From Mycobacteriales bacterium (lineage in GTDB: Bacteria > Actinomycetota > Actinomycetes > Mycobacteriales > DASULA01): DNA of 48,504 bases. Position 1 is the first letter of the stretch. Each line of letters starts with the position of its first letter. Where the stretch lies: contig DASULA010000489.1 of assembly GCA_036278435.1 (NCBI GenBank), positions 1-48,504 on the forward strand, given 5' to 3'. The translations under genes were made by a program, and so were the position numbers. Below, one piece after another: positions 29,701 to 38,760 of the stretch. Below the pieces are notes generated by a model. The model was not told the DNA's origin and searched no databases. It was given only the letters and a program-made list of their open reading frames with translations.

Positions 29701-31644
29701 TCAGCGGGTGGTCAGGGTCTCGGACCTGACCGCGAGCGGGAGGAGCTTGCGGCCGGTCGGGCCGATCTGGATCTCCGTCCCCATCCCGGGGCAGACACCG
29801 CAGTCGTAGCAGGGGGTCCACCGGCAGTCGTCCAACTCCGACCCGTCCAGGGCGTCCTGCCAGTCCGACCACAGCCAGTCCTTGTCCAGGCCGGAGTCCA
29901 GGTGGTCCCAGGGCAGCACCTCGGTCTCGCCGCGCTCGCGAGTGGTGTACCAGTCCAGGCTCACCCCGTGGCGCGGCAGCACCTCGGCACAGGCCCGCTC
30001 CCAGCGTTGGAAGGAGAAGTGCTCGCTCCAGCCGTCGAACCGGCCGCCGTCCTGTCACACCCGGCGGATCACCCCGCCCACCCGGCGGTCACCGCGGGAC
30101 AGCAACCCCTCCACCAGGCTGGGCTGGCCGTCGTGGTAGCGGAACCCGATGTTGCGTCCGAGCGAACGGTCGGTGTTGATGGCTTGACGCAACAGCCCGA
30201 GCCGCCGGTCCACCGTGGCCGGATCGCACTGCGCGGCCCACTGGAACGGCGTGTGCGGCTTGGGAACGAACGCGCCGATCGACACGGTGCAGCGGATGTC
30301 CCGGCTGCCGGTCGCCTCCCGCCCGGCCCGGATCACATCCTGGGCCATGCCTGCGATCTCCAGCACGTCGGAGTCGGTCTCGGTGGGCAGCCCGCACATG
30401 AAGTACAGCTTCACCTGCCGCCACCCGTGCTGGTACGCGGTGGTGACGGTGCGGATCAGGTCCTCACGGGACACCATCTTGTTGATCACCCGGCGCAGCC
30501 GCTCGCTGCCACCCTCCGGGGCGAAGGTCAGCCCGGAACGCCGTCCGTTGCGGGACAGCTCGTTGGCCAGTGTCACGTTGAACGCGTCCACCCGGGTGGA
30601 GGGCAGGGACAGGCTGGTCTGGGTGCCCTGGTAGCGGTCGGCCAACCCCTTGGCGATCTCGCCGATCTCGGAGTGGTCGGCCGACGACAGCGAGAGCAGG
30701 CCCACCTCCTCGAAACCGGTGGCCTGAAGGCCCGCCTCGACCATGTCCCCGATGCCGGTGATGCTGCGTTCCCGCACCGGTCGGGTGATCATGCCGGCCT
30801 GGCAGAACCGGCAGCCGCGGGTACAGCCCCGGAAGATCTCCACCGACATCCGCTCGTGCACCGACTCGGCCAGCGGGACCAGCGGTTGCTTCGGGTACGG
30901 CCACTCGTCGAGGTCGCTGACCGTGCGTTTGTGCACCCGGAACGGCACGTCCGGCCGGTTCGGCGCCACCCGCTGGATCCGCCCGTCGGGCAGGTAGTCC
31001 ACGTCGTAGAACCTGGGCACGTACACCCCGCCGCCGCGGGCCAGCCGGGCCAGCACCTCCTCCCGCCCGCCGGGCCGGCCCTCGGCCTTCCATTGCCGCA
31101 GCACGTCGGTGATCTCGCCCACGGCCTGCTCACCGTCACCGAGCACGGCCGCGTCGATGAACTCGGCGATCGGCTCGGGGTTGAACGCCGCGTGCCCGCC
31201 GGCGATGACCAGCGGATGCTCCAGCCCGCGTTCGGCGGCGTCCAGCGGGATCCCGGCCAGGGCCAGGGCTTCGAGCAGGTTGGTGTAGCCCAGCTCGGTG
31301 GCGAAGCTGACGCCCAGCACCTCGAACGCCGCGACCGGCCGGTGCGAGTCCACCGTGAACTGCCCGATCCCGTGCTCCCGCATCAGCGCCGCCAGGTCCG
31401 GCCACACCGCGTAGGTCCGCTCCGCCAACGCGTCGGAGCGCTCGTTGAGCAGTTCGTAGAGGATCATCACGCCCTGGTTGGGCAGGCCGACCTCGTAGGC
31501 GTCCGGGTACATCAGACACCAGTGCACGTCGACGGAGTCCCAGTCCTTCACCGTCGAGTTGAGCTCACCGCCGACGTACTGGATCGGCTTGCCGACCCTC
31601 GGCAGCAACGGCTCCAGGCGGGGGAACACCGACTCGACGCTCAT
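29701..31644 (-). pseudogene. TIGR03960-type radical SAM protein interrupted by an in-frame TGA (30055-30057)
   Basis: CxxxCxxC in ...FRGCTRGCRFCQAG... ORF 30055..31644 ends ...GGVIRRV*. The same frame continues QDGGRFDGWSEHFSFQRWE...LPWDHLDSGLDKDWLW...CRWTPCYDCGVC... to the stop at 29701. Confidence 0.8.
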
Positions 31645-32582
31645 AGCGCCCCAGCGTAGGCCGTGCCGGGCGCCCGCGCCCGGCCGAGTCAGGGCCGCCC
31701 CCAGCCGGTGTCCCGCCGGGCCGCTGCCGCCGGCCGGTAACCGGGCCGCAACGACCTCGCCAAGCGCCCACAGCGCTCAGCCTGCTATCGCGCCTGAGCA
31801 GCGGCAGCCCTTTCGTCCAGCTCGGCAACGCCGTCGATGCCGCGCAGGGCGACGAGGCGTGCCCGCATGTCAGTCAGGGCGTCTTCGATCCGGACCGATC
31901 GCACCCCGCTGGCGCAGTCGAGGAAGTCGTCCCAGACAGCCAAAACTCGCACCGCCATTCCCTGACCTACGAGTACGTTCGCGGTCGACTCGACACCGGG
32001 TACCGGCGAGTATGGCGTAGCGCTCGTACCGGGCTTCCAGTGCCGGACGGTTACGCGTGGGTGGGGCGACGCGCCGTCCTGGCTCGGCACGGCTTCTACG
32101 ACGCGAGCGTGATCGGTGGGGGACCCGGGAGTTCGCGCTGACCGCCCTTGGAGACCTCGACACGCTTGCCGGGTGTAGGCCGCGAACGCCCGCCCAGATG
32201 AACCATGTGATGGCATGGGCCACCCCGTTCGCCGCCGACGTCGCCGGTCAGTTGGGCGTCAGCGTCGGTGCTGCGTACCACCTGTGGCATGGATCGTTGT
32301 GCGACCGCCGACATGGCCTGCGACACCGTGAATTCCGGATGTTCGATTTCGATCCGACCACCGATATTGCCCAGGATGAGTCGCGCTGTTGGAGCGTGGT
32401 CGTCGCCAAAGGCACAGATGCACGCATGGAGGATTATGCGAAACCCTGATTGTTGATGGTCGGTGGATCGCTGTCGAATGTCGGGAGAGCAGGCGGTACG
32501 CGGTATCAGGTAATTGACAACACCGTCGGGTTCACTCGTACAGGTGATCAAACAGTAGTGCCGTCGATGTAGAATTGGTGGC

Positions 32583-33866
32583 ATGGATGCCCTGACCTGT
32601 TCGATTCCCCACACCGATACCGGTGTTGGTGTGGAATCAGGTAGCGGGGTTCCGGTTACCGGATTCGACCCTGTTGAGGTAGCTGGATTACTTTCCGGGT
32701 TCGACCCGTCGGGTTTGGACGCGGATTCGTTGTTGACGGTGTTGGCCGGGTTGGAACGGATAGTGGCCGCCGCGCACGCCGCGCAGGTCACGGCGTTGGC
32801 CGAGTTCACCCGCCTTCGCCCGCCCAGCCCGGGTCGTCGGTTCGGGGAGTTCGTAGCCGATGAGGTCGCGGTGGAACTGGGTCTGACTCGGCGGGTGGCG
32901 GAGAACCGGGTCGCCCAGGCGGTGGAGATGACCACCCGCGTCCCCGCCGTGCTGGCCGCCCTGCGAACCGGGGTGGTGGATCTGTACCGGGCGAAGGTGA
33001 TCACCGATGCCACCTACCGGTTGGACGAGGTGACCGCCGCGCAGGTCGCCGACCAGGTGGTCGACCGGGTGCAGGGGCGTAACGCCTGGCAGGTGCGTGA
33101 CCTGGTGCGCCGCACCGTCCTGCGACTCGACCCCGCCGGTGCCAGACGCCGACACGAACGGGCCCGTACCGACCGCAACGTGATCCTCACCCCACTCGAC
33201 GACGGGATGGCCGAACTGGTCGCCCTGCTGCCGGCCGAGCAGGCCACCGCGGTCTACCAGCGGGTCGACGCCCTCGCCCGAGCCAGGCGGGTTCCCGGGG
33301 ATGAGCGGGGTACCGACGCGCGGCGGGCCGACGTGTTCGTCAATCTGCTCCTGGGGCGTCGCGACGCTGGTGTGACCAGTGAACCCGGGGTACGGCCGTT
33401 GGTACACGTCACCGTGGCCGCCTCCACCCTCACCGGCGCCAACAACAACCCCGCAGTATTGGACGGCTACGGACCGATCTCCGCGGCGTACGCACGGGCG
33501 ATCGCCGCGGATCCCACCGGAACATGGAAACGGCTGGTCACCGACCCGGTGGACGGGTCACTGGTGGAACACTCACCGAACACCTACCGGCCACCGGTCG
33601 CACTCGATAACTTCATCCGCGCACGGGACCGCACCTGTCGGTTTCCTGGCTGCCAACACCCCGCTCAACACGCGGATTTGGACCACACGATCCCCTGGCC
33701 CAAAGGACCCACCACGCAGGGCAACCTCGGCGCACTCTGCCGCCACCACCACCGCCTCAAACACCAAACACCCTGGCAACTCACCCAAACCAACGGACAA
33801 TTCCACTGGACCAGCCCAACCAGACGCCGATACACCACCGGACCCGAAAACCACGACCCACCATAA
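32583..33866 (+). CDS. DUF222 / HNH endonuclease family protein (13E12-repeat-like)
   Basis: N-terminal DUF222-like helical region. C-terminus ...RDRTCRFPGCQHPAQHADLDHTIPWPKGPTTQGNLGALCRHHHRLKH... Confidence 0.8.
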   Translation: MDALTCSIPHTDTGVGVESGSGVPVTGFDPVEVAGLLSGFDPSGLDADSLLTVLAGLERIVAAAHAAQVTALAEFTRLRPPSPGRRFGEFVADEVAVELGLTRRVAENRVAQAVEMTTRVPAVLAALRTGVVDLYRAKVITDATYRLDEVTAAQVADQVVDRVQGRNAWQVRDLVRRTVLRLDPAGARRRHERARTDRNVILTPLDDGMAELVALLPAEQATAVYQRVDALARARRVPGDERGTDARRADVFVNLLLGRRDAGVTSEPGVRPLVHVTVAASTLTGANNNPAVLDGYGPISAAYARAIAADPTGTWKRLVTDPVDGSLVEHSPNTYRPPVALDNFIRARDRTCRFPGCQHPAQHADLDHTIPWPKGPTTQGNLGALCRHHHRLKHQTPWQLTQTNGQFHWTSPTRRRYTTGPENHDPP

Positions 33867-34262
33867 CAACCACCCCACACCAAGACATGTCACACAACCC
33901 CCGACCCGCCCTGGTCGGGTAGATCCGACATGCCAAAGTCAACCACCGTCACCCGGACCAGACGACAACACGCCACCCCCGGCACGGTCACTACCTGCAC
34001 CACACGCCACGTCTATTCGCGGCGGCGGAGGCAGCAGGGGTTGGGTTCACCGTCCGCGGCCACAGTTTTGACATCCTGGGCCGCCACGGAACCGAACTGC
34101 CCCGTTGGACTGAGTCGACCCAGTGACGATCACGGTTGCTAGATCTGTGCCAACAGGATAGCCTCCGTACTGTGACTCGCCGCTATTGGTAGTTTAGTGT
34201 GCCGGCCCTGGTTGGGCATGGCCGTTTCCCCATGTAGACGGTCACGTACCCCCAGAGCCGGC

Positions 34263-34298
34263 AAGAGGCAGAGGTTCACCCTCTGCCTCTTCACTTTT
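34263..34298 (+). terminator. intrinsic terminator / possible attenuator: AAGAGGCAGAGG-TTCAC-CCTCTGCCTCTT then CACTTTTCC
   Basis: Perfect 12-bp stem plus a T4 tract read directly, 44 nt upstream of the DAHP synthase pseudogene ATG. Confidence 0.5.
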
Positions 34299-34341
34299 CC
34301 GCCATCAAGCGGTCCGGCTCATAGCGTCCGGGCTGGAAAGG

Positions 34342-35285
34342 ATGACCGTGTCCGAGACACCCCAGACGCACGACCAACGCATCCGCCAGATTCGCCCGCT
34401 CGTCTCCCCGGGGGCTGCTCCGGGACCAGCTCCCGCTGACTCCCGAGCTTGCCGAAACTGTGCTCGGCGGTAGGCGCGCGGTCCACGATGTCATGACCCG
34501 TGCCGACGATCGCATGCTTGTTATCGTCGGTCCATGTTCGGTGCATGACCCAGCGGCGGCGCTGGACTATGCCGGTCGGCTCGCGGAACTCGCCCGGACG
34601 CTGGTCGGCGACCTGGTAGTGGTGATGCGGGCCTACTTCGAGAAGCCGCGCACCACGCTGGGTTGGAAAGGGCTGATCAACGACCCCCACCTGGACGACA
34701 GTGGTGACGTCAACACCGGCCTTACCATGGCCCGCCGGTCGGGATCAAGAATTGGACCGATGGCGGTGTGCAGGCAGCCGTTGACGCGGTCCGCGTCGCC
34801 GCCGCACCGCACGTGTTCACGGGTGTGACGGAACACGGAGTCCCTGCCATCTACAGCACCGAAGGCAATCCCGACTGCCACATCGTCCTGCGTGGCGGAG
34901 GCGGCCGGACCAACTACGGCGCCGATTCGGTCGCCGGCGCGCTGGGGCTGCTGCGCGACGCTGGGCAACCTGAACGGGTTGTGATCGATGTCAGCCACGA
35001 CAACAGCGGCAAGGATCACCGCAAGCAACCCGCGGTCGCCGCGGCGGTGGCCGCCCAGGTGCGGCGGGCCAGCACGGCATCATCGGCGCGCTGCTGGAGA
35101 GCTTCCTGGTGGAGGATCGCCAAGACCTCGTCCCTGGGCAACCGTTGCGCTATGGCCAGAGCATCACGGACGCCTGCATGAGCTGGGACACCACGCGGGA
35201 CGTGCTCGGCAACCTCGCCGAAGCCGTACGTAGCCGACGGGACCCAGCCCCGGCTGTCCTCGCCATGATCGGATCGGCCAGGTAG
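34342..35285 (+). pseudogene. class I (AroG/F/H-type) DAHP synthase, disrupted by two frameshifts and an internal deletion
   Basis: Three frames carry consecutive DAHPS segments. Frame 1: MTVSETPQTHDQRIRQIRPLVSP. Frame 2: LLRDQLPLTPE...VIVGPCSVHDP...MRAYFEKPRTTLGWKGLINDPHLD...GLTMARR. Back in the first frame: PVGIKNWTDGGVQAAVDAVR...HIVLRGG...VIDVSHDNSGKD. Third frame: HGIIGALLESFLVEDRQ...YGQSITDACMSWDTT... Confidence 0.8.
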
Positions 35286-35290
35286 CCGAC

Positions 35291-36445
35291 TCAGGCGGTG
35301 CCGGCGTCGCGGGCGCGCATGTGCACGTTGAGGAGCAGGCCGACCGCGATCCAGTTGGCGAACATCGACGAGCCACCGTAGGAGACAAACGGCAGCGGGA
35401 GGCCGGTGACCGGCATGATGCCCAGCGTCATGCCGATGTTGACGAAGCTCTGGAACGCCCACCAGGACGCCACCCCGGAGGCGACCATCCGGCCGAACAT
35501 GTCCGGCGAGCGACCGGCGAGTCGCAGCGTGCGCCAGAGCATGACACCGAACAGCAGGATGATCGCGCCCGCGCCGAGGAACCCCAGTTCCTCACCGGCG
35601 ACGGTGAACACGAAGTCCGTCTGCTGTTCGGGGACGAACTTGCCGTTGGTCTGGGTGCCCTTGAACAGCCCGGTGCCGGTCAGGCCACCGGACCCGATCG
35701 CGATCCGGGCCTGGGTGATGTTGTAGGCCAAGCCCTGGGTGTTCTGGTTCGGGTTGGTGAACGCCTTGAACCGGTCGATCTGGTACTGCTGGAGCAGGTG
35801 CAACTGCACCACCGCGATGCCCACCAGCACCCCGGCGGCCAGCATCCCGAGGAACCAGCGCCCGGACACCCCGGCCACCGCGAACATGCCGAGGATCACG
35901 AACACGAAGACCATGGCGGTGCCCACGTCTGGTTGCAGCAGGATCAGCGCCATCGGCACCGCCGCCAGCCCCAGCGCGAGCGGCACGTCCGCCCCGGGAC
36001 GGGAGTCCTCCCGCGAACCGCGTTCGGCGAACAGCAGCGCCAGGCCCACGATCAGGGCGACCTTGGCGAACTCCGACGGCTGCACCTGGAATCCGCCGCC
36101 GAGCACGATCCACGAATGCGCGCCGTTGATGGTGCTGCCGACCAGCAGCACCCCGATCAGGCCCAGGCACGAGGCGACGTACATGACCGGCGTGTAGACC
36201 CGGAGCTTGCGGTAGTCCACCAGTGAGACCAACCCGCCGATCACCAGGCCGATCACCAGGTTGAGCAGGTGCCGCTTGAGGTAGGACGTCGGGTCCTGGC
36301 CGGCATCGAGCAACCGCGGTCTGGTCGCCGACCAGACCAGCACCGAACCGAGCAGCGACAGACACAGCGGGGTGCCCAGCAACACCCAGTCCACCCGCCG
36401 CCAGTAGCTCACCCGCTCGCGGGCGAGCGGCGCGACCCCGATCAT
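35291..36445 (-). CDS. rodA: rod shape-determining SEDS glycosyltransferase RodA (FtsW/RodA/SpoVE family)
   Basis: 10-TM SEDS pattern (...GAHSWIVLGGGFQVQPSEFAKVALIV..., ...PVTGLPLPFVSYGGSS...). ATG 36445 forms an ATGA overlap with the mrdA stop. Confidence 0.85.
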   Translation of the reverse strand: MIGVAPLARERVSYWRRVDWVLLGTPLCLSLLGSVLVWSATRPRLLDAGQDPTSYLKRHLLNLVIGLVIGGLVSLVDYRKLRVYTPVMYVASCLGLIGVLLVGSTINGAHSWIVLGGGFQVQPSEFAKVALIVGLALLFAERGSREDSRPGADVPLALGLAAVPMALILLQPDVGTAMVFVFVILGMFAVAGVSGRWFLGMLAAGVLVGIAVVQLHLLQQYQIDRFKAFTNPNQNTQGLAYNITQARIAIGSGGLTGTGLFKGTQTNGKFVPEQQTDFVFTVAGEELGFLGAGAIILLFGVMLWRTLRLAGRSPDMFGRMVASGVASWWAFQSFVNIGMTLGIMPVTGLPLPFVSYGGSSMFANWIAVGLLLNVHMRARDAGTA

Positions 36446-38739
36446 CGGGGACCGGGCCCGGTGCGCGGCGAGCCGTCCGGCGGCAGCGCCGGTGTGTCGC
36501 CCGGCAGCGCCGCGAAGCCGTGCGGGCTGGAGCCGGGGCTGGCCGCGGTCGGGCCGACGGTCGGGCCAGCGGTCCCGGTCTGAGTCGGTGAACCGGACGG
36601 CGCGGACGTCCCGGATGGCGAAGGGCCGCTCGCGGTGGGGGTCGGAGCCGGAGTCGTCTGGAGCTTCGGGAGCGCGGTCGGCGGGGTGCTGTGCGGCAGC
36701 GCCGGCTTCTGGCCGTTGAACCCGTAGATGCCGTCCAGGATCTCCCGGGCCATCGGGGCCGCGGCCCGCGAACCCAGGCCGGCCTGCTCGACCATGCCCA
36801 CCACCACGAACCGCGAGTTGTTCACCGGTGTCCAAGCGGCGAACCACGAGGTGTCCTGCTTGCCGAACACCTCGGCGGTGCCGGTCTTGCCGCCGACCGG
36901 CGCCTTGTCCAGCGGGAAGCCGGGGAACGCGACCTCGCCGGACACGCCCAGGCCCTTGCCGAACGACAGCGAGTCCCGGATGAACTGGAGCACGTCGGGA
37001 CGCACCGGCACCTTGTTGCGCACCTTGGGCGTGATGGTGCGGACCACCTTGCCGCTGGGGTCCACGATGGCCCGGCCGATGGTCGGCTGGTAGATCTTGC
37101 CGCCGTTGACCAGCGCGCAGTAGGCCACCGCGAGTTGCAGCGGGCTGACCGTGATCTCGCCCTGCCCGATGGCCACGTCGGCACTGTCACCGAGGTTGTA
37201 CCGCCACCCGTCGGTGCAGTTCTCCTTGGCCAGTGCGGTGAGGAACGTCCGGCGCGCCGTGTCGGCCACGTTCGGGTAGCCCTTCTTGGCGTTGCCGCAG
37301 TACTGGGCCTTGTTCTGCTCCCAGCGGGCCTTCTTGAACGCCCGGTCGGGGATCAGCCCACCGGTCTGCTGCCCGTCCGGCAGGTCGATGCCCGGCTGGG
37401 TACCGAACCCGAACGCGTGGGCCATCCGCTGCTGGTTCTCCGCGGCCTTCTTTCCGTGGTGGATCCGGTTCTGGTCGGAGTTCCAGGCGTCTACGGCGAA
37501 CTTGTAGAAGAACGTGTCACAGGACTTTGCCAGCGCCTGCCGCAGGCCCACCGCGCCGGGGATGCTCTCGCTGTCGAAGTTGGTCTTGACCGCGTTGCCG
37601 ATCTTGAGTTGGCCCGGGCAGGAGTACTTGCCGTCCAGCTTGGCCTGGCCGTCCATCACGATGCTCGACGCGGTGACCAGCTTGAACGTCGAGCCCGGGG
37701 CGAACTGCCCCTGGGTCGCCCGGGACACCAACGGGATACCCGACTGCTCGTCGGTGAGCGAGTTCAGCTCGGACTGGGAGATCCCGCCGATGAACTCGGT
37801 CGGGTCGAAGCTCGGGTAGCTGGCCAGCGCGACGACCCGGCCGGTGCGCGGGTCCATGACCACCGCCGCGCCGGACGGAGCGGCGTAGTTCCGGCCGTTC
37901 TTCGCGTCGAAGGTGGCCCGGCTCTTGGTGATCTGGTCGAGAATCGCCTTCTCCGCGATGGCCTGCACGTTCTTGTCGATGCTGGTGACCAGAGTGTCCC
38001 CGGACTTCGAGGCGGTCTCGGAGTCCAGTCCCACCACGGTCCCCCGATTGTCCACCTTGACCCGCCGGACCCCGTCGGTGCCACGCAGGTCGGAGTCGTA
38101 CTGCTTCTCCAGGCCGGTACGGCCGACCAGGTCGATGTCGTGCAGGTCGGTGCGCCCGGCCGCGGCGGCGCTGTCCAACTCGGCCTGGGTGACCGGCCCG
38201 ACGTAGCCGATGGAGTGCGCGGCGAGCTTGTGGTTGGGGTACTGGCGCAGCGTCTCGGTGTCGGCGCTCACCCCGCGGAAGTCCTCCCGGTGCTCGGCGA
38301 TGCTCAGCACCACCCGCGGCGTGGTGTCGGTGGCGACCGGCACCGGCTGGTAGGGGGACCCGTTCCAGCAGGGCTTGGGCACGCCCTTGGCGCAGGGGGT
38401 GATCCGCTTGGACAGTTCCGCCGGCGACATCCCGATCAGCGGCGCCAGTCGGCGCAGCACCGCCTTTCCGCCGTCGGATTGGCCGACCAACTCGCTGCGG
38501 TCGACCGACACGACCAGGGATGTCCGGTTCCCGGCCAGTGGCCGGCCCATGTCGTCCACGATCTGCCCCCTCGGGGCGGGCAGCAGCACTTCACGGACAT
38601 GCTGGCGGGTGGCGGTCTGGGTGAGTTTGTGACTGTCCAGGACCTGGAGGTAGTACAGCCTCGATCCCAGCGTGACCAGCAGGGACAGCACGAGAACCCG
38701 CACCACCATCAGCCGGGTCGTCGCACGCCTGAACCTCAC
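36442..38739 (-). CDS. mrdA: penicillin-binding protein 2 (class B transpeptidase) with Pro/Thr/Ser-rich C-terminal tail
   Basis: N-terminal TM plus dimerisation domain. Transpeptidase motifs ...GSTFK..., ...KTGTAE... GTG 38739 is preceded by GAGGAGG. Confidence 0.85.
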   Translation of the reverse strand: MRFRRATTRLMVVRVLVLSLLVTLGSRLYYLQVLDSHKLTQTATRQHVREVLLPAPRGQIVDDMGRPLAGNRTSLVVSVDRSELVGQSDGGKAVLRRLAPLIGMSPAELSKRITPCAKGVPKPCWNGSPYQPVPVATDTTPRVVLSIAEHREDFRGVSADTETLRQYPNHKLAAHSIGYVGPVTQAELDSAAAAGRTDLHDIDLVGRTGLEKQYDSDLRGTDGVRRVKVDNRGTVVGLDSETASKSGDTLVTSIDKNVQAIAEKAILDQITKSRATFDAKNGRNYAAPSGAAVVMDPRTGRVVALASYPSFDPTEFIGGISQSELNSLTDEQSGIPLVSRATQGQFAPGSTFKLVTASSIVMDGQAKLDGKYSCPGQLKIGNAVKTNFDSESIPGAVGLRQALAKSCDTFFYKFAVDAWNSDQNRIHHGKKAAENQQRMAHAFGFGTQPGIDLPDGQQTGGLIPDRAFKKARWEQNKAQYCGNAKKGYPNVADTARRTFLTALAKENCTDGWRYNLGDSADVAIGQGEITVSPLQLAVAYCALVNGGKIYQPTIGRAIVDPSGKVVRTITPKVRNKVPVRPDVLQFIRDSLSFGKGLGVSGEVAFPGFPLDKAPVGGKTGTAEVFGKQDTSWFAAWTPVNNSRFVVVGMVEQAGLGSRAAAPMAREILDGIYGFNGQKPALPHSTPPTALPKLQTTPAPTPTASGPSPSGTSAPSGSPTQTGTAGPTVGPTAASPGSSPHGFAALPGDTPALPPDGSPRTGPGPR

Positions 38740-38760
38740 GGTCGCCTCCTCATCGCCACG

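Noticed and set aside
30055-30057. The in-frame TGA in the radical SAM gene as a selenocysteine or programmed recoding site.
   Set aside because: The codon aligns (from memory of homologues) with an aromatic residue rather than Cys/Sec. No obvious SECIS-like hairpin lies immediately downstream. A TGG-to-TGA transition or a sequencing error is more parsimonious. Kept as a finding, but not as recoding.
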